Sequence record: OR924452
DNA length: 64,000 nucleotides
Reading direction: 5' to 3' (one strand)
Source: Escherichia phage 241
Part shown: one piece after another, positions 54,413-63,508 of the stretch
How the letters are laid out: every line of letters begins with the position of its first letter
Position numbering within the stretch: the first letter of the stretch is position 1
Notes under the pieces: model-generated
Database searches by the model: none
Told to the model about the DNA's origin: nothing
The model's input: only the letters and a program-made list of their open reading frames with translations
Made by a program: the position numbers and the translations under genes

Positions 54413-55996
54413 TTACTTGTACAGACCGTCAACGTCAATAGATTTATGTTGGCGGTTGTATTCCGTGGTGTAGTCATCCAACACGAGGTATTCACAGCAG
54501 CGGATTTTACTAGAACCGTAATCATCAGTGATAGACACGATGTCTTTCGGGTTCAGCTTACAACGCACAACCCGCTGGCCCAGGCTACCGAAACATTGTT
54601 TCAGATACGCCAGAGAACAAACGTGAAGACCATAGGAGCACAGGTCTTTGTTGTTATCGTTCACGAATGAGCGAGCCATCCGGACGATAGTGCCAGGTGC
54701 GTTGCTGACTTTACCTGTGCGCTTATCCATATAATTTCCGCGAACGGATTTGTATAGAATAATGTCGCCGTCTTCATGAATCTCAATGTCTGAGTATGCC
54801 ATGAATTCATAGATCCGACCAGACTGAACCAGCGCGGCGCTCGGGTTTTGGAACATCTTGTCAAGGAAACGGCCCAAGCGTTCCAAGTTCGGATAATCGC
54901 CTTTTAATGCCAAAGCCAAAATGCGTTTGGCAACGGAAGTTCCGGTGATATCATAGCCACCCCAGCGAACACGGTTGTCTGAAAGATCAACCATGCCTGT
55001 AGTGAATTGTTTGATGGCTTCACGCGGTTTCATCAGAGTGTAAGCTGTTTTGACGTCACGATTTTTAATCGCTTCAACAATACGGTCATACGCCTGGTGG
55101 CTCGTTGTGATCGTTTCCGGTTTACCATCGACCACAATCACGATACTTTCCGGCAAAATCATGATCTGGTGTTCGTTCAGGAACACAGACAGTTCTTTTT
55201 CATTAAATGAATTCTGAGTTTGCTTGTCGCCTGTTTCTTCAACAACTGCAACCGTCTTGACCACGAATAATACGGATGACAATGCCAGACGAAGTGTACG
55301 GCCTAAAATTGCATCAAAGTAACCCACGCGCCGACGGGCATCAAGGGAACCGCGCATCGGATATGTTTCACCGTCATGCTGTACGCTGATTTTCACACCA
55401 TCATTGACTTTAACCACGCCATCAACCAATGCAGTAGCCAGTTCTGCTAACGGCGAAATATTTTCTTCATTGAAGCGGCTTGACCGAGTTTCTAACGGTT
55501 TCAGTTCTTCGCTTCTGAAAAGTTTGGCCTGAATAGCAGCAGAGCTATCATAACGCATACAGATAAACACTGTTTGGTTTTCCAGGAAACGGCCAACATA
55601 CCATTCTTCGCCTTCAGAATCGACAGACACCGAACCTTCCAGAACTTCATAGGTGTCGGGGATTTTGCCTTCTTCAGTCAATTCTTTAATTGGCGAAATC
55701 ACGACCACGTTATTAGATTCTTTGATGATACGAACCATCAGGGCGCGGGCAATTGTTTTGGCACTGACACCATAAACTGATGCCAGAGAAGAATTGCTTT
55801 CACCTTTGCTGCTCTTGGTTTGTATTTCTTGAATCTGTTCGGTGGTCAGAGACTTAATCGAAGCCGGATCCACTCCCAGTTCTTTATCCGACACGCGTTG
55901 TATCATTGAGCGCGGTACGCCCAATTCACTGGCTATTGAACTTTGACTTCTGTTCTCATTCAACAGCTTGAGAATACGTTTTTCTATAGCATTCAT
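54413..55996 (-). CDS. rIIB: rIIB-like protein with extended N-terminal region
   Basis: C-terminus CSYGLHVCSLAYLKQCFGSLGQRVVRCKLNPKDIVSI parallels T4 rIIB CSRGLHVCSKSYIRHFGSSTDRVVKVKVHPRDVVSI; N-terminal HTH-like segment; 527 aa vs 312 in T4. Confidence 0.8.
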   Translation of the reverse strand: MNAIEKRILKLLNENRSQSSIASELGVPRSMIQRVSDKELGVDPASIKSLTTEQIQEIQTKSSKGESNSSLASVYGVSAKTIARALMVRIIKESNNVVVISPIKELTEEGKIPDTYEVLEGSVSVDSEGEEWYVGRFLENQTVFICMRYDSSAAIQAKLFRSEELKPLETRSSRFNEENISPLAELATALVDGVVKVNDGVKISVQHDGETYPMRGSLDARRRVGYFDAILGRTLRLALSSVLFVVKTVAVVEETGDKQTQNSFNEKELSVFLNEHQIMILPESIVIVVDGKPETITTSHQAYDRIVEAIKNRDVKTAYTLMKPREAIKQFTTGMVDLSDNRVRWGGYDITGTSVAKRILALALKGDYPNLERLGRFLDKMFQNPSAALVQSGRIYEFMAYSDIEIHEDGDIILYKSVRGNYMDKRTGKVSNAPGTIVRMARSFVNDNNKDLCSYGLHVCSLAYLKQCFGSLGQRVVRCKLNPKDIVSITDDYGSSKIRCCEYLVLDDYTTEYNRQHKSIDVDGLYK

Positions 55997-56028
55997 CTTG
56001 TAGTTCTCACTGTGGGGTAATGGGGCTA

Positions 56029-58770
56029 TTATGCCCCGAGAATACGTTTTGAAATAGCCTTCACAAATCTAGTGGCATCTTCAATCGCATTATGCGCCGT
56101 TGGCTGATATTTTGACATCATGAATTTCACCAAACGATGACATTCAACTCGGTATCGGTTTTTGGCCTTTTGCTTTTGAGATATAGTGCTAGTGACCTTT
56201 ATCTCATCAAATCCTTCAGCAGTTAATTTTTCATTCAATAAATCAACAACTTGAGTTAACTGGTTACAGGCGCGGAAAAATCTCGTAGTTGAGAAAGGCA
56301 TTTCTATACGATAATGTAATTCCTCAACAGCCTTGCGGAAATAACCATACCCCGATCCAGACGGGTTTCGTTTGGCCAGCATACGAACAACCTTCCATTC
56401 TTCTTCAGTGATTTGTTGTTTCGCATAACCGATGATTGCTTTTGCCCTGTGTTGATGATGAGCATAGCCATCCGTAACTTCTCCATGGGAATCAATCAAC
56501 AGCTTGGCACCATAATCAATGCGATGAGACATGATGTTTATGCCCTTGCGAAGTTTCAGGAGTTTCTTAGATTCAAGCGCCTGAAATTCATCTTTATAAT
56601 GCTCAAGCAACATATCAAACACTGCGTCAATGGGGATGAATACTTCTGGGAATTTCTTCATCATCGGAACAGATTTACGACGCGCAAGAACGATTGTTGG
56701 ATGCGCTCCCAGCAAATCAAACATGTTTTCGTTTCCATTCTCGCCGAACTTCGTTCTTTCCATCGCTTCACGCAAATGTCCAGCCGTGGATTGTCGTAAG
56801 GTATTACCATGAATTTTATGGATACCTTCTCGGCCAGATACTTCGATATATACGATCTTTTTGCCTGAATCAATAATATCTGAAACGGTTTTTCCATCTA
56901 ATTCATAAACGCTGTCGAAGTTAAATGAATTGTAATAGAAACTAAACATCCCAGGATCTTTTTCAACGGTCGGACGAACATATTCCATTTCGTGCATGAA
57001 ATAGACTTCATCCGGATTGAATAAATCGCCAAAAACCTCGATCAGTTTATCGGCAAAGACCAGGTAGTCCGGCGTTGTTTCTTGTACACCGATCCATGAT
57101 TCAAAATAAGACTTCAATTCCTCATGGTTGGTAAATGATTCTTTATGTGCCGCCAGCTGATTCCGATTACTGAAATAATTTTCATTTGGTTTGACGACGA
57201 TAACGACATTGAAGTTATTGCGTGCTGTTTGTATCTTCAGGTTTCGAGCACGATTCGAGTTATCAATAATAACAGCAATTTTTGATTTAGATTTCAACCA
57301 ATTTCCGACAGAGTTCACATAAATGCTGTCGTGTACTACACCGTCGTCGTGTACTTCAATTTCGTAAGGACTACCAATAGACCGGAAAGGTGCATCCACA
57401 GAGTAATCGCGCACGACGTCCGGCGCTCCGATATAACGGAACGTGCCTTTGTAGAAACGGTTATCTGCAGGAAATTCTCGCTCCACTAATTTACGGAAAC
57501 CACTACCGAACATATCGGTCAATTGAGCCTTCTTCATATAAAGCATAAGAGGACCCATAGATTCGGCCTGGCGAAGTTCATACATCTTCGCCTGCATAAT
57601 ATTGTCAGCCACATATTTGAACACTCGGTTCAGGCTTTCACGGGTGAACTCGTCATATGACAAGTCTTCACGCGATGGAGGAACATTCAATTCTCCAAGT
57701 TCAAAGAATGTATAAGAACTCGGGAATTTCTCCAGCACCGAACGTATTTCAGAATCCAATTGCTCAAGATCTATCGGATAAGAAACCCCGCCCATAACAG
57801 CATAGTGGGTATTATCAGAATCAGACTTCGGCTGAATATACGTGTTGCCCACACGGTTTTCAAAATTGATGTCCTGCCAGCGGAAAGAATAACTGGCATT
57901 TTCAACCTTCGGGCGCATTGATGGGCGCATAACTCGACCCAGACGGACCAGTTCTTGTTCAAATGCGGTAAATCGCTGATTCTTTACAGGCACTTTAACA
58001 GTCAGACCATTGAACTCATCAGTGTCTTCTGGTTTCGGATCACGGGTATCCAAATCCTTGGTGATCAGGTCCACAGTAGGAATCCTGTCCGCATTCAGAT
58101 ACATAAGAAAGCGATACAGTTTACCTTCATAACGACTTTCTACAGTAAATGAGTCCGACACTGCAAACGGGGATTTGGAACCCAGACCAAACGCGCCGAT
58201 CTGTCCGTCGTCGTCCTCTTTGGTGCTATGGAAGAGTGTGGTGTACAAACCAGGTCCACGGATGATCTCGCCATCCTCAGCGCGGAATACCAACACCCCA
58301 TTGTAATAACCAGGCGTCCCAATAACAGCAGTGCTGTCAGGGATTTCATCTTCCTTCACAACAATGTTGCCTTCGACAAGCACTTCATCTTCCCGCGCTG
58401 CGATAGGTTCCCCGATAATCATTTCTAACGGAAGGCCAATCCCATAATCCTTGATTTCCAACCATGGTTCCATAACATCAGGTAAATGGACCACAACGGG
58501 CGTCCCTTTGGGAGCAAGATGCTTGCTGTATCTTTGGGGCATAGGGGTAAGAGGGGCATAATGGGACGGCAACCAACGCTGTTGGCGATCACGCATATTA
58601 TGCGAGTCTATACCGTTACATAACGTCTCACGCAAAGATGCGGCCTCTTTATATTTGTAGAGACTTGAGAACAATGTTTCAAATAATTTATCCGTCATCT
58701 TGACATTAAATGTCTGTCCGACGATAGTGGAAGAAGAGCGCACGAAATGCTCGGACTTGCGCATTTTCAT
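56029..58770 (-). CDS. rIIA: rIIA-like protein (GHKL-type ATPase N-terminus)
   Basis: [29 protein letters not shown] and [26 protein letters not shown] parallel T4 rIIA [29 protein letters not shown] and [26 protein letters not shown]; 913 aa vs 725 in T4. Confidence 0.85.
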   Translation of the reverse strand: [913 protein letters not shown]

Positions 58771-58823
58771 AGTATAGAATTCCTATTCAGTTTCAAAGGG
58801 AAACACATTATTGGGTAATGGGT

Positions 58824-58848
58824 ATGATACTGGTGGGAGACTCAATAG
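58824..58848 (-). promoter_or_regulatory. putative promoter (CTATTGAG box, 11 nt spacer, TATCAT) upstream of rIIA
   Basis: Minus strand CTATTGAG-tctcccaccag-TATCAT immediately after a terminator hairpin. Confidence 0.4.
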
Positions 58849-58852
58849 AAAA

Positions 58853-58870
58853 AGCCTCCAAAAGGAGGCT
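58853..58870. terminator. rho-independent terminator
   Basis: AGCCTCCAAAAGGAGGCT hairpin flanked by A/T tracts. Confidence 0.55.
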
Positions 58871-58880
58871 TTAATCAGGT

Positions 58881-59234
58881 TTAATTCTGGATGACATTTA
58901 CAACAGCGGCGTTAAAGTTGAATATCGGATGTGTAGCGCCTGGTTCTAACGTTTCTTCCAGATAACCCGCGATATTCCGCACCACAGTTTTAGGCTCAGA
59001 ACGTGAAGGCTTCGTTGCGCCAAGTTCAATGATACTGGAAGTAACCTGTTCGACTTGGGTGTGAGTCACAACAAAATGGTAACGGCTACCAAATGCCGCA
59101 ACTTCAACTTCTGTAATTTCCAAATCACTCAATTCAGAGCTGTTCAACTGCTTCACATTCAATTGTGAACGAAGGTGTTCCACAATGTTGCTATAAACAT
59201 ATTGTGGTGTGATCAGCTGTTCAATAGAACTCAT
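58881..59234 (-). CDS. hypothetical protein (117 aa)
   Basis: ORF. Confidence 0.45.
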   Translation of the reverse strand: MSSIEQLITPQYVYSNIVEHLRSQLNVKQLNSSELSDLEITEVEVAAFGSRYHFVVTHTQVEQVTSSIIELGATKPSRSEPKTVVRNIAGYLEETLEPGATHPIFNFNAAVVNVIQN

Positions 59235-59521
59235 GACATATCCTCATTTCTTTGGGGGTTATTGTTACTTAACCGGACGACCTCTGCTCGAAGGAAAATG
59301 ATTTCATCGGCCATTATCTTTCCCTCTTCAAACATCACATGGCAACGTGATAATCTGGGTTCGCCTTCAGATAATGCGTGAAGACGATATTCAGGGATGA
59401 CATCATTTACGGCGTTTCTTTTTGTTCTTTCCATGCGTCTTGGCCTTTTTAGGACGGCTAACGGAAGGACGGGCATGCCCAGGCTCCCCAGGGGTACAAC
59501 CTTGGGCGTAACGTTGGTCAT
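59231..59521 (-). CDS. hypothetical ORF, uncertain (overlaps 59403..59609 in another frame)
   Basis: ATGA coupling at its 3' end, but the 5' part overlaps a better-supported gene; true start probably internal. Confidence 0.25.
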   Translation of the reverse strand: MTNVTPKVVPLGSLGMPVLPLAVLKRPRRMERTKRNAVNDVIPEYRLHALSEGEPRLSRCHVMFEEGKIMADEIIFLRAEVVRLSNNNPQRNEDMS

Positions 59522-59609
59522 CCCAGAGGCGTCCTTTGTGAGACATATCTTCAGCCATCGCGGACAAGGCGAGGGTTGCTACAGCTGCAGCAGATAATGG
59601 TTTAGACAT
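59403..59609 (-). CDS. small secreted/lipoprotein-like basic protein (68 aa)
   Basis: AAGGAG RBS 7 nt before ATG; N-terminal signal-like MSKPLSAAAVATLALSAMA; Lys/Arg-rich C-terminus. Confidence 0.4.
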   Translation of the reverse strand: MSKPLSAAAVATLALSAMAEDMSHKGRLWDDQRYAQGCTPGEPGHARPSVSRPKKAKTHGKNKKKRRK

Positions 59610-60048
59610 CTGTTTCTCCTTTTGCTGCATATGCCAGTGCTTTTACGATCATCACGGCCAGTCCGATTGGATCGTACATGTTATCGAATTCTTGTTCTAC
59701 AATCTGACGTATTTCATCAGAAGATTGTACTTCGGAGCAGTTCTTGCTCTGTCTACGTTGTTCTTGCTCAACGAGGTCTTTGAACAGAAGGTCTTTGAAA
59801 GAATACTCATCGAAGTTTTCCAGATACTGCTGGATACTTGGTTGTTTCGCATCCATCGTTCTACGCAGATTGCTGATAGTTGAACTCGCCTGTTCGCGGT
59901 GTTTGTTCATAACGGAAAAGTTCACGGGTTGTCCCCAAGCGTTCGTCACTGTGTTGGAACACACTTGTCCGAAGAGATCTTGGAAGGCGTCATCCAGATG
60001 AATCAGCGCGGCGGCCAGTTCATCATAAGTTGGTTTTTGAGCAGTCAT
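59602..60048 (-). CDS. hypothetical protein (148 aa)
   Basis: ORF. Confidence 0.45.
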   Translation of the reverse strand: MTAQKPTYDELAAALIHLDDAFQDLFGQVCSNTVTNAWGQPVNFSVMNKHREQASSTISNLRRTMDAKQPSIQQYLENFDEYSFKDLLFKDLVEQEQRRQSKNCSEVQSSDEIRQIVEQEFDNMYDPIGLAVMIVKALAYAAKGETDV

Positions 60049-60428
60049 TTTCGTTTATTCCTATTTTTAGATTTCTTGGCTTGACGTTTATGCTGGGCGG
60101 CTCCATACAAGCGCGGAGGCTTTTGATAACGCTGTGAGGCAATTATATCCCTGTAGTCGGCTTCGGCTTCACAGCAAGAAACATCCGTTCTTCGTAATTG
60201 TGCGACCGCTTGTGACACCAGCATTTTACGTTCGCTTTCTACCAGGTCATCACAAATTATCATGCGCTCGCCTGGTTCACAACGACGTTTGGGAATGTCG
60301 TCAACACTGATGCATTCCACCTCAACGCCTTTCAATTTTTCTTGAAGGATGATGGCCATAGTACGAGCGCCCACCCCTCCTCCAATAATTGCAATCTTTC
60401 TTGGCTTGTCAGACATAATACATTCCAT
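60045..60428 (-). CDS. hypothetical protein with Gly-rich dinucleotide-binding-like N-terminus
   Basis: KIAIIGGGVGA motif; basic C-terminal tail. Confidence 0.45.
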   Translation of the reverse strand: MECIMSDKPRKIAIIGGGVGARTMAIILQEKLKGVEVECISVDDIPKRRCEPGERMIICDDLVESERKMLVSQAVAQLRRTDVSCCEAEADYRDIIASQRYQKPPRLYGAAQHKRQAKKSKNRNKRK

Positions 60429-60434
60429 AAAAAA

Positions 60435-60468
60435 GAGGATAGAGCAATAATACCCTATCCCCCTTTAT
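60435..60468 (-). terminator. terminator hairpin with AATAAT loop; one of two near-identical intergenic elements
   Basis: GAGGATAG-agcaataatacc-CTATCC with flanking T-tract on the minus strand; followed by the shared TTTATTGAAGAACG. Confidence 0.5.
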
Positions 60469-60478
60469 TGAAGAACGA

Positions 60479-60904
60479 TTAGTCTTTGGATTCTACTTTA
60501 TCACCGCGCAGATCCTGGACGGGTTTGCCATCCGGCGACATGATGTATATGGTGTTAATTGTCTCAAACCAAGACAATTCATCAACTCCTTCAGTGTATG
60601 GAGTTACCGGAACTGAAGTTTTGATATGATCACCATCGTTATTTGGGGCACCATCAGACTTCAGCACTGGCTCCAGGAAGGCGAAACGGCCATTTGGATA
60701 AATCACCCCGCCTTTGAACATGCGAATCTTCTTACGAGGATTATTCGCCTCGCCAAGGCACACCACCAGATGATGGATCATCTCAGGACGGGTAAGCAAC
60801 GTGTCGTCACGGATGATCCCCTGTTTGATAGCAGAGATCACCACTTCATCCAACAAAGCCTGTTGCTGTTCCAGAGTCAAAGATTCAGTAAGTTTCACGC
60901 TCAT
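60479..60904 (-). CDS. hypothetical protein (141 aa)
   Basis: ORF. Confidence 0.45.
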   Translation of the reverse strand: MSVKLTESLTLEQQQALLDEVVISAIKQGIIRDDTLLTRPEMIHHLVVCLGEANNPRKKIRMFKGGVIYPNGRFAFLEPVLKSDGAPNNDGDHIKTSVPVTPYTEGVDELSWFETINTIYIMSPDGKPVQDLRGDKVESKD

Positions 60905-60907
60905 GGT

Positions 60908-61477
60908 CTAACCTTTGAAATTAATTGGGTTCTGAACCCCAGAGTCAAACGCGGCCTGGGTACGGGTATCGCTCACCACCTGACAGGTCTTGTCAAGATC
61001 GATGCGAGGGTATCCAAAGATGCCAGCAATGACAGATCCAGGGAACTGGCCGAGTTTGGTTTCATAGATAGCACACGCGTCCAATTTCTTTGTCTGGCTG
61101 ATACGGAATTCATCACGTCCTGAACTGATGACCACCTGAATTTCTTTGTACAGGCTTGAATCAAACTGGATGTTCTGTTCCTGGATCCATTGCATAACCG
61201 CCTTTGAACCATCAGCACCATAACGACCCTGGAAAGTATCTTTGATCACTTCTTTCAGACCGTCTTTGTACAGGCCAGGTATCTGAGCCGTCTCTTGTAC
61301 TTTGTTTGTATAGTTGCTCAGATGGTTTTCAGAATCTTTATTGAACTTTTTGACTTGCTGTTCAATACGATTGAAATCATTGAAATAACTGACGAAACTA
61401 CCAACACCGATTACAACAAAAGCCAGAATCGCCAAACCGATGATCCAACCAATTGAAATACCTTTACGCTGCGACAT
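60908..61477 (-). CDS. lemA: LemA-family membrane protein
   Basis: N-terminal TM helix followed by a region resembling LemA; C-terminal FPGSVIAGIFGYP motif. Confidence 0.5.
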   Translation of the reverse strand: MSQRKGISIGWIIGLAILAFVVIGVGSFVSYFNDFNRIEQQVKKFNKDSENHLSNYTNKVQETAQIPGLYKDGLKEVIKDTFQGRYGADGSKAVMQWIQEQNIQFDSSLYKEIQVVISSGRDEFRISQTKKLDACAIYETKLGQFPGSVIAGIFGYPRIDLDKTCQVVSDTRTQAAFDSGVQNPINFKG

Positions 61478-61492
61478 CTTTACTTCCTCTTG

Positions 61493-62602
61493 TTAAAACA
61501 AACGTTTGTAAGTGCGACCATTGTACTGCATATGGCCTAATATGAAAATTGCGGTAAACGGAACACAACCTAATAAAACGACGATAATCACTTCCCATGT
61601 CTTGAGGTCACGCCATTTCAGATACTCCATTTCCTTCATTTCAACGCGGTTATATCCTTTGCTGATATTGACTGCAACTTCTTGGAATACTGATATCCCC
61701 ATGGGTTTGCCAGTCAATGAAAGACCGTTTCGGGAATGAAGTTCCATGTTATTCATCCCATCAGCAAATGACGTGGATTTACCCCAATTGATTTTCATAT
61801 CCTTCGATATGTCAGTAACCACAATGACATCGTTCTTTTTACCACCAGACCATGCATATAGCAGCCCCTGAAAATATTCCACAGGCTGGCCAGAAGTCAC
61901 TACCCACACGATATTGACCTGACGTGATGCCCCCAATGTTTTCAAAGTGTTGTTCAGATAATCATTCCAATAATCAACGGGAATATCCATCCCTGACATA
62001 TTCAGAACACGAGTCACCCGATAATAATCATACACCCTTGGATATGACGGGATATGGTCTTTGAACTTCTCAGCGAATTGTTGGTCAGATTTGGAGAATA
62101 ATGAATCTCTGTTCCCTAGCACATAGTTCATATATGCATGTTCGCGCGCTGCAGGTTCTCCGATTTTAACTTGTGTCCAACGTGGAGGCTCTGCAGTACC
62201 CTGGCGATTAATACGGTCAATGCTCAGATCACCGACGGTTGTTAATACGTCCCAATCAACGTCATAAGAGTGCTCATAGCACGTGCTGCAATGACGCGTT
62301 TGTGTACAAGATCGGTTATTTCCTGAACCAGAGCAAGAAGTTGTGTAATAGCACATACATTCATAAGAATGACTACAGCTTACCTTGTTTCGTTGCTTGT
62401 CAGTAACGTATCCATTCAAAATTTCAACATCTCCCGAACTACCCAGGGAAAATGCAGCGTATGCTCCCGCCTGGATAAGACAGGATAATACAACCACTAT
62501 CGCAGTAGCAATTAGCGTTTCTTTTGGTTCATGGGTTTTGCGATGGTAAACCACGAACAATATGGCTAAAATAATAGGGACCACAAACAGAAGGTAAATC
62601 AT
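61493..62602 (-). CDS. membrane protein with Cys-rich extracytoplasmic region (possible LemA partner)
   Basis: N- and C-terminal TM segments; Cys cluster SCSHSYECMCYYTTSCSGSGNNRSCTQTRHCSTCYEH. Confidence 0.45.
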   Translation of the reverse strand: MIYLLFVVPIILAILFVVYHRKTHEPKETLIATAIVVVLSCLIQAGAYAAFSLGSSGDVEILNGYVTDKQRNKVSCSHSYECMCYYTTSCSGSGNNRSCTQTRHCSTCYEHSYDVDWDVLTTVGDLSIDRINRQGTAEPPRWTQVKIGEPAAREHAYMNYVLGNRDSLFSKSDQQFAEKFKDHIPSYPRVYDYYRVTRVLNMSGMDIPVDYWNDYLNNTLKTLGASRQVNIVWVVTSGQPVEYFQGLLYAWSGGKKNDVIVVTDISKDMKINWGKSTSFADGMNNMELHSRNGLSLTGKPMGISVFQEVAVNISKGYNRVEMKEMEYLKWRDLKTWEVIIVVLLGCVPFTAIFILGHMQYNGRTYKRLF

Positions 62603-62985
62603 AACACACCATCCACGAGTTGTTCCTTCGTCATACCAAGAAGTTGATTTTTATGACCTGATTCAGCTCCATTTTTCAACAACAGATCCCAACGTTCTTC
62701 ATGATACCGTGGAGTCATTGCATCGTCAAAAGAAACATGGTGGCGATGCATAATTGTTGCAACGGTATGAAGAACGATTGCTGTCGCTCTTTTTAAAGCA
62801 CGTGTATCAGTGATATGGTCTTCATATTCGATACCCATCAAATCGAGTTCTTTCCGAATATATGCAATAGACAAATCACCTTCAGAATGCAATTTAACAA
62901 TAGTCGCTTTCTTAGGATGTAACACGCCGTCTGTTTCTTTCATGAACAGATCGTACAAATATTGTTTGTATTCGGGGCGCATCAT
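62599..62985 (-). CDS. hypothetical protein (128 aa)
   Basis: ORF with ATGA coupling. Confidence 0.45.
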   Translation of the reverse strand: MMRPEYKQYLYDLFMKETDGVLHPKKATIVKLHSEGDLSIAYIRKELDLMGIEYEDHITDTRALKRATAIVLHTVATIMHRHHVSFDDAMTPRYHEERWDLLLKNGAESGHKNQLLGMTKEQLVDGVL

Positions 62986-63221
62986 CTCGTAATCCCTCCG
63001 GCACAGATAATATTCAGTTCACCGCGACGGAAACCGCCTTGCCCATCGTCCAACTTAGTCAGAAGTGTATGTGCATCTCGAACTTTCTGAGCGAACTCTT
63101 CCGACACCACCAGATGACCCATCAGAGGAGTCTTTTCTTGTTTTGGGGTGGATTCAAAATAGTCACCAAACGTCGCTTCCATATCCAGCACAGACATATC
63201 TTCAATTCGTTGCATTGCCAT
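62982..63221 (-). CDS. hypothetical protein (79 aa)
   Basis: AAGGAAA RBS. Confidence 0.4.
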   Translation of the reverse strand: MAMQRIEDMSVLDMEATFGDYFESTPKQEKTPLMGHLVVSEEFAQKVRDAHTLLTKLDDGQGGFRRGELNIICAGGITR

Positions 63222-63244
63222 GATGTATTTCCTTGTAAAAGAAA

Positions 63245-63274
63245 GGGGAACGGGCTAATAATAACCCATTCCCC
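63245..63274 (-). terminator. terminator hairpin with TAATAATAA loop; second copy of the repeated intergenic element
   Basis: GGGGAACGGG-ctaataataa-CCCATTCCCC, T-rich flank on the minus strand. Confidence 0.5.
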
Positions 63275-63302
63275 TTTATTGAAGAACGCAATCGCAGTCA
63301 GA

Positions 63303-63470
63303 TTACTTTTTCTTCAGCTCTTCCAGCTTGGCTTCAATTTGGTCCAGGATTTCTTTACCTTTCTGGACGATGGCTTCACCGTCTTGCGCGTGTTTACGAA
63401 AAACCAGAGCGCCAGCAATGAAACCAACAACCACGCCTGGGAGCGCATACACCAACAGATCTTGTAACAT
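63303..63470 (-). CDS. small membrane-anchored protein (55 aa), below the ORF-track cutoff
   Basis: GAGGA RBS; translation MLQDLLVYALPGVVVGFIAGALVFRKHAQDGEAIVQKGKEILDQIEAKLEELKKK. Confidence 0.3.
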   Translation of the reverse strand: MLQDLLVYALPGVVVGFIAGALVFRKHAQDGEAIVQKGKEILDQIEAKLEELKKK

Positions 63471-63508
63471 GATTTATATCCTCACTTTTATAAGCAAGGA
63501 TATTTATA

